Below, piece by piece: positions 62,488 to 64,000 of a DNA stretch of 64,000 bases. The notes under the pieces are model-generated. The model ran no database searches, was not told the origin of the DNA, and saw only the letters and a list, made by a program, of their open reading frames with translations. Within the stretch, counting starts at the first letter, position 1. Each line of letters opens with the position of its first letter. This DNA is from Bdellovibrionales bacterium. GTDB lineage: Bacteria; Bdellovibrionota; Bdellovibrionia; Bdellovibrionales; UBA1609. A program made the translations under genes and the position numbers. The stretch is from assembly GCA_965205945.1 (NCBI GenBank), contig CBDBIB010000001.1, positions 480,001 to 544,000 of the forward strand, given 5' to 3'.

Positions 62488-62551
62488 GATTAGATCTTTA
62501 TACTTTTTAAAAATTTGACTTTAAAGCAAGAGTACGTGGTAAAGGAATACC

Positions 62552-62630
62552 AGTAATTTTTAACTTCTAATTTTGGATTTTAAAAATCTTAAAAACCATA
62601 GTTACACAAAATAAATTACAAACTCAAAAA
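62552..62630 (+). repeat. ~80-bp dispersed intergenic repeat, copy 2
   Basis: tttttaacttctaattttggattttaaaaatcttaaaaaccatagttacacaaaataaattacaaactc; same orientation as copy 1 at 17953. Confidence 0.8.
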
Positions 62631-62660
62631 TTTATGCAATCAAGAATAGACTTTTAACTT

Positions 62661-62945
62661 TTAAATCTGGGTAGATTTTAATGCCCCCTCATGAAAATCA
62701 TATGCTTTAAGGTATTCTTCTTTTTTTAGATCTATATACTCCTTTAAAAAAAGTTCAACTAAATTTTCTTTTTCAAGATTAAAAAGAAGTGATATTTTTG
62801 CAAGCCTATCCATTGGAGGATAACTCTCACCTCTTTCCCAATTTGATACAAACTGACCCGAAGAATAACCTAGAGCCTTTGCCAGACTTACTTGACTATA
62901 TTTTTTTTCAATCCTTTTTGTTTTAATAATTTCTCTTAATTTCAT
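62661..62945 (-). CDS. XRE-family HTH regulator
   Basis: KR...YSQVSLAKALGYSSGQFVSNWERGESYPP. Confidence 0.9.
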   Translation of the reverse strand: MKLREIIKTKRIEKKYSQVSLAKALGYSSGQFVSNWERGESYPPMDRLAKISLLFNLEKENLVELFLKEYIDLKKEEYLKAYDFHEGALKSTQI

Positions 62946-62949
62946 AAAT

Positions 62950-63951
62950 TCACACCATACTCAACGCTGTTTTTCTTCTTGTTCCTATATCAAAATGATT
63001 ACCTTTAAACTCTTCATAAATGCAATCAATACTATTTTTTTTAAAAATTTTATGGATTTTTCTAACCCCGTACTGCAAAAGAAACTGATCAAACTCTCCC
63101 ACAGACAAAAAAATTGTTTTTAACTTCTTTAAATTCTCAGTCCTTTTTAAAAGAAAGTAGAGCGGATCTTTTTGCAACCATTTCTCCCACAAATCATTCT
63201 TAAACTCACCTTCTTTGTCAAGTGGCAGTAAGGGCATCAGGTCACTATCTACATCTGAATAACAAGCTGCCATAGCTAAAACATTAACCATTTGATGAAA
63301 GCTTTTTTGACTTGTGTTTATTTCATATTTTTTAATCGCCTTAAAAATCTCTATAGGCCCACCTTGATTAAAAATATTTGAAAATGCTTGATAAATTTCT
63401 GGCTTTAAACTAATCTCAAAGTCACAATCTGGAGCAATGGCTAGACAATGATGAAATACTTCTGGAAATTTAGAGCACAGATGTAGCGCTCCATAACCCC
63501 CACTAGAACCACCAAAAACCACATTATCAAACACTTTATAGTTAAGTTTTTTTAAAGCTTGATGCACCATAGGAACCAACTCTTTTACAATATAGTCTTC
63601 ATAACTACCACAGCCTTTACTATTGATAAACTGACTCCCTCCCCAAGTTGTCCATGCATCAACAAAAACATAAACTTTTAAACCTATAGCCTCTTGAACA
63701 GTCCATTCATCAATTTCTTGTATTAAGCTCTTACCATAAGGTTTAAAATTAAAACTCTTTTGAGCATTCCCTGTAAAGCCAGAAAGATAGAACACACAAT
63801 TGTACTCTCCGGATTCCCTAGGCAGCAAAATTGGAATATTTCTTTTAAAAGAATCCCTTAAAGAATTAGATTTTAAAAATTCACTCTTAATCTGTAAGGT
63901 TTTCATCTCAAAATTTTTAAGCATGTAGGGTTTTAAATTATCTATTAACAT
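62950..63951 (-). CDS. Alpha/beta hydrolase (putative esterase, Fes-like)
   Basis: GGSQFINS..GSYEDYI..ELVP, nucleophile GGSSGGYGAL, C-terminal EEFKGNH. Confidence 0.85.
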   Translation of the reverse strand: MLIDNLKPYMLKNFEMKTLQIKSEFLKSNSLRDSFKRNIPILLPRESGEYNCVFYLSGFTGNAQKSFNFKPYGKSLIQEIDEWTVQEAIGLKVYVFVDAWTTWGGSQFINSKGCGSYEDYIVKELVPMVHQALKKLNYKVFDNVVFGGSSGGYGALHLCSKFPEVFHHCLAIAPDCDFEISLKPEIYQAFSNIFNQGGPIEIFKAIKKYEINTSQKSFHQMVNVLAMAACYSDVDSDLMPLLPLDKEGEFKNDLWEKWLQKDPLYFLLKRTENLKKLKTIFLSVGEFDQFLLQYGVRKIHKIFKKNSIDCIYEEFKGNHFDIGTRRKTALSMV

Positions 63952-64000
63952 TATTATGCTACTTTTTTCTTGTTCATTATTTTTTGATTTAAATTAAAAC

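Noticed and set aside
63952..64000. Probable 3' end of an upstream minus-strand gene (..NQKIMNKKKVA*)
   Set aside because: Too short to identify.
1..64000. CRISPR arrays, rRNA/tRNA genes, prophage, integrase or defence systems
   Set aside because: No regularly spaced repeats, RNA-gene signatures or relevant protein motifs were seen; the fibre gene has no phage neighbours.

Overview
AT-rich bacterial chromosome segment, most likely from a marine Bdellovibrionota (Bdellovibrio-like) lineage. This rests on a MAT-type trimeric fibre adhesin, a CFI-box-CTERM protein paired with a beta-barrel before truA-rplM-rpsI, a 'QFVSNWERG' XRE regulator, and the Na+-NQR operon with nhaA. Most of the window is housekeeping: ribE, nqrA-F/apbE, korAB, ruvCAB, fadE, aceE, trxB, trmB, ggt. 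There are signs of decay: a purT pseudogene, abutting IS5 and IS982 relics, and a DUF285/BspA fragment. Two things stand out. (1) A signal-peptide-bearing ClpB-derived AAA+ protein (15408-17654) has a catalytically dead D1 ring, a CUB domain exactly where the M-domain belongs, and a near-intact D2 ATPase lacking the GYVG pore loop. (2) A pair of inversely oriented 28-bp XerC/D dif-like sites (41580-41607 and 42063-42090) brackets a 455-bp ORF-less, very AT-rich segment between the fibre adhesin gene and a truncated BspA-repeat relic. All family calls come from reading motifs by eye; no searches were run.
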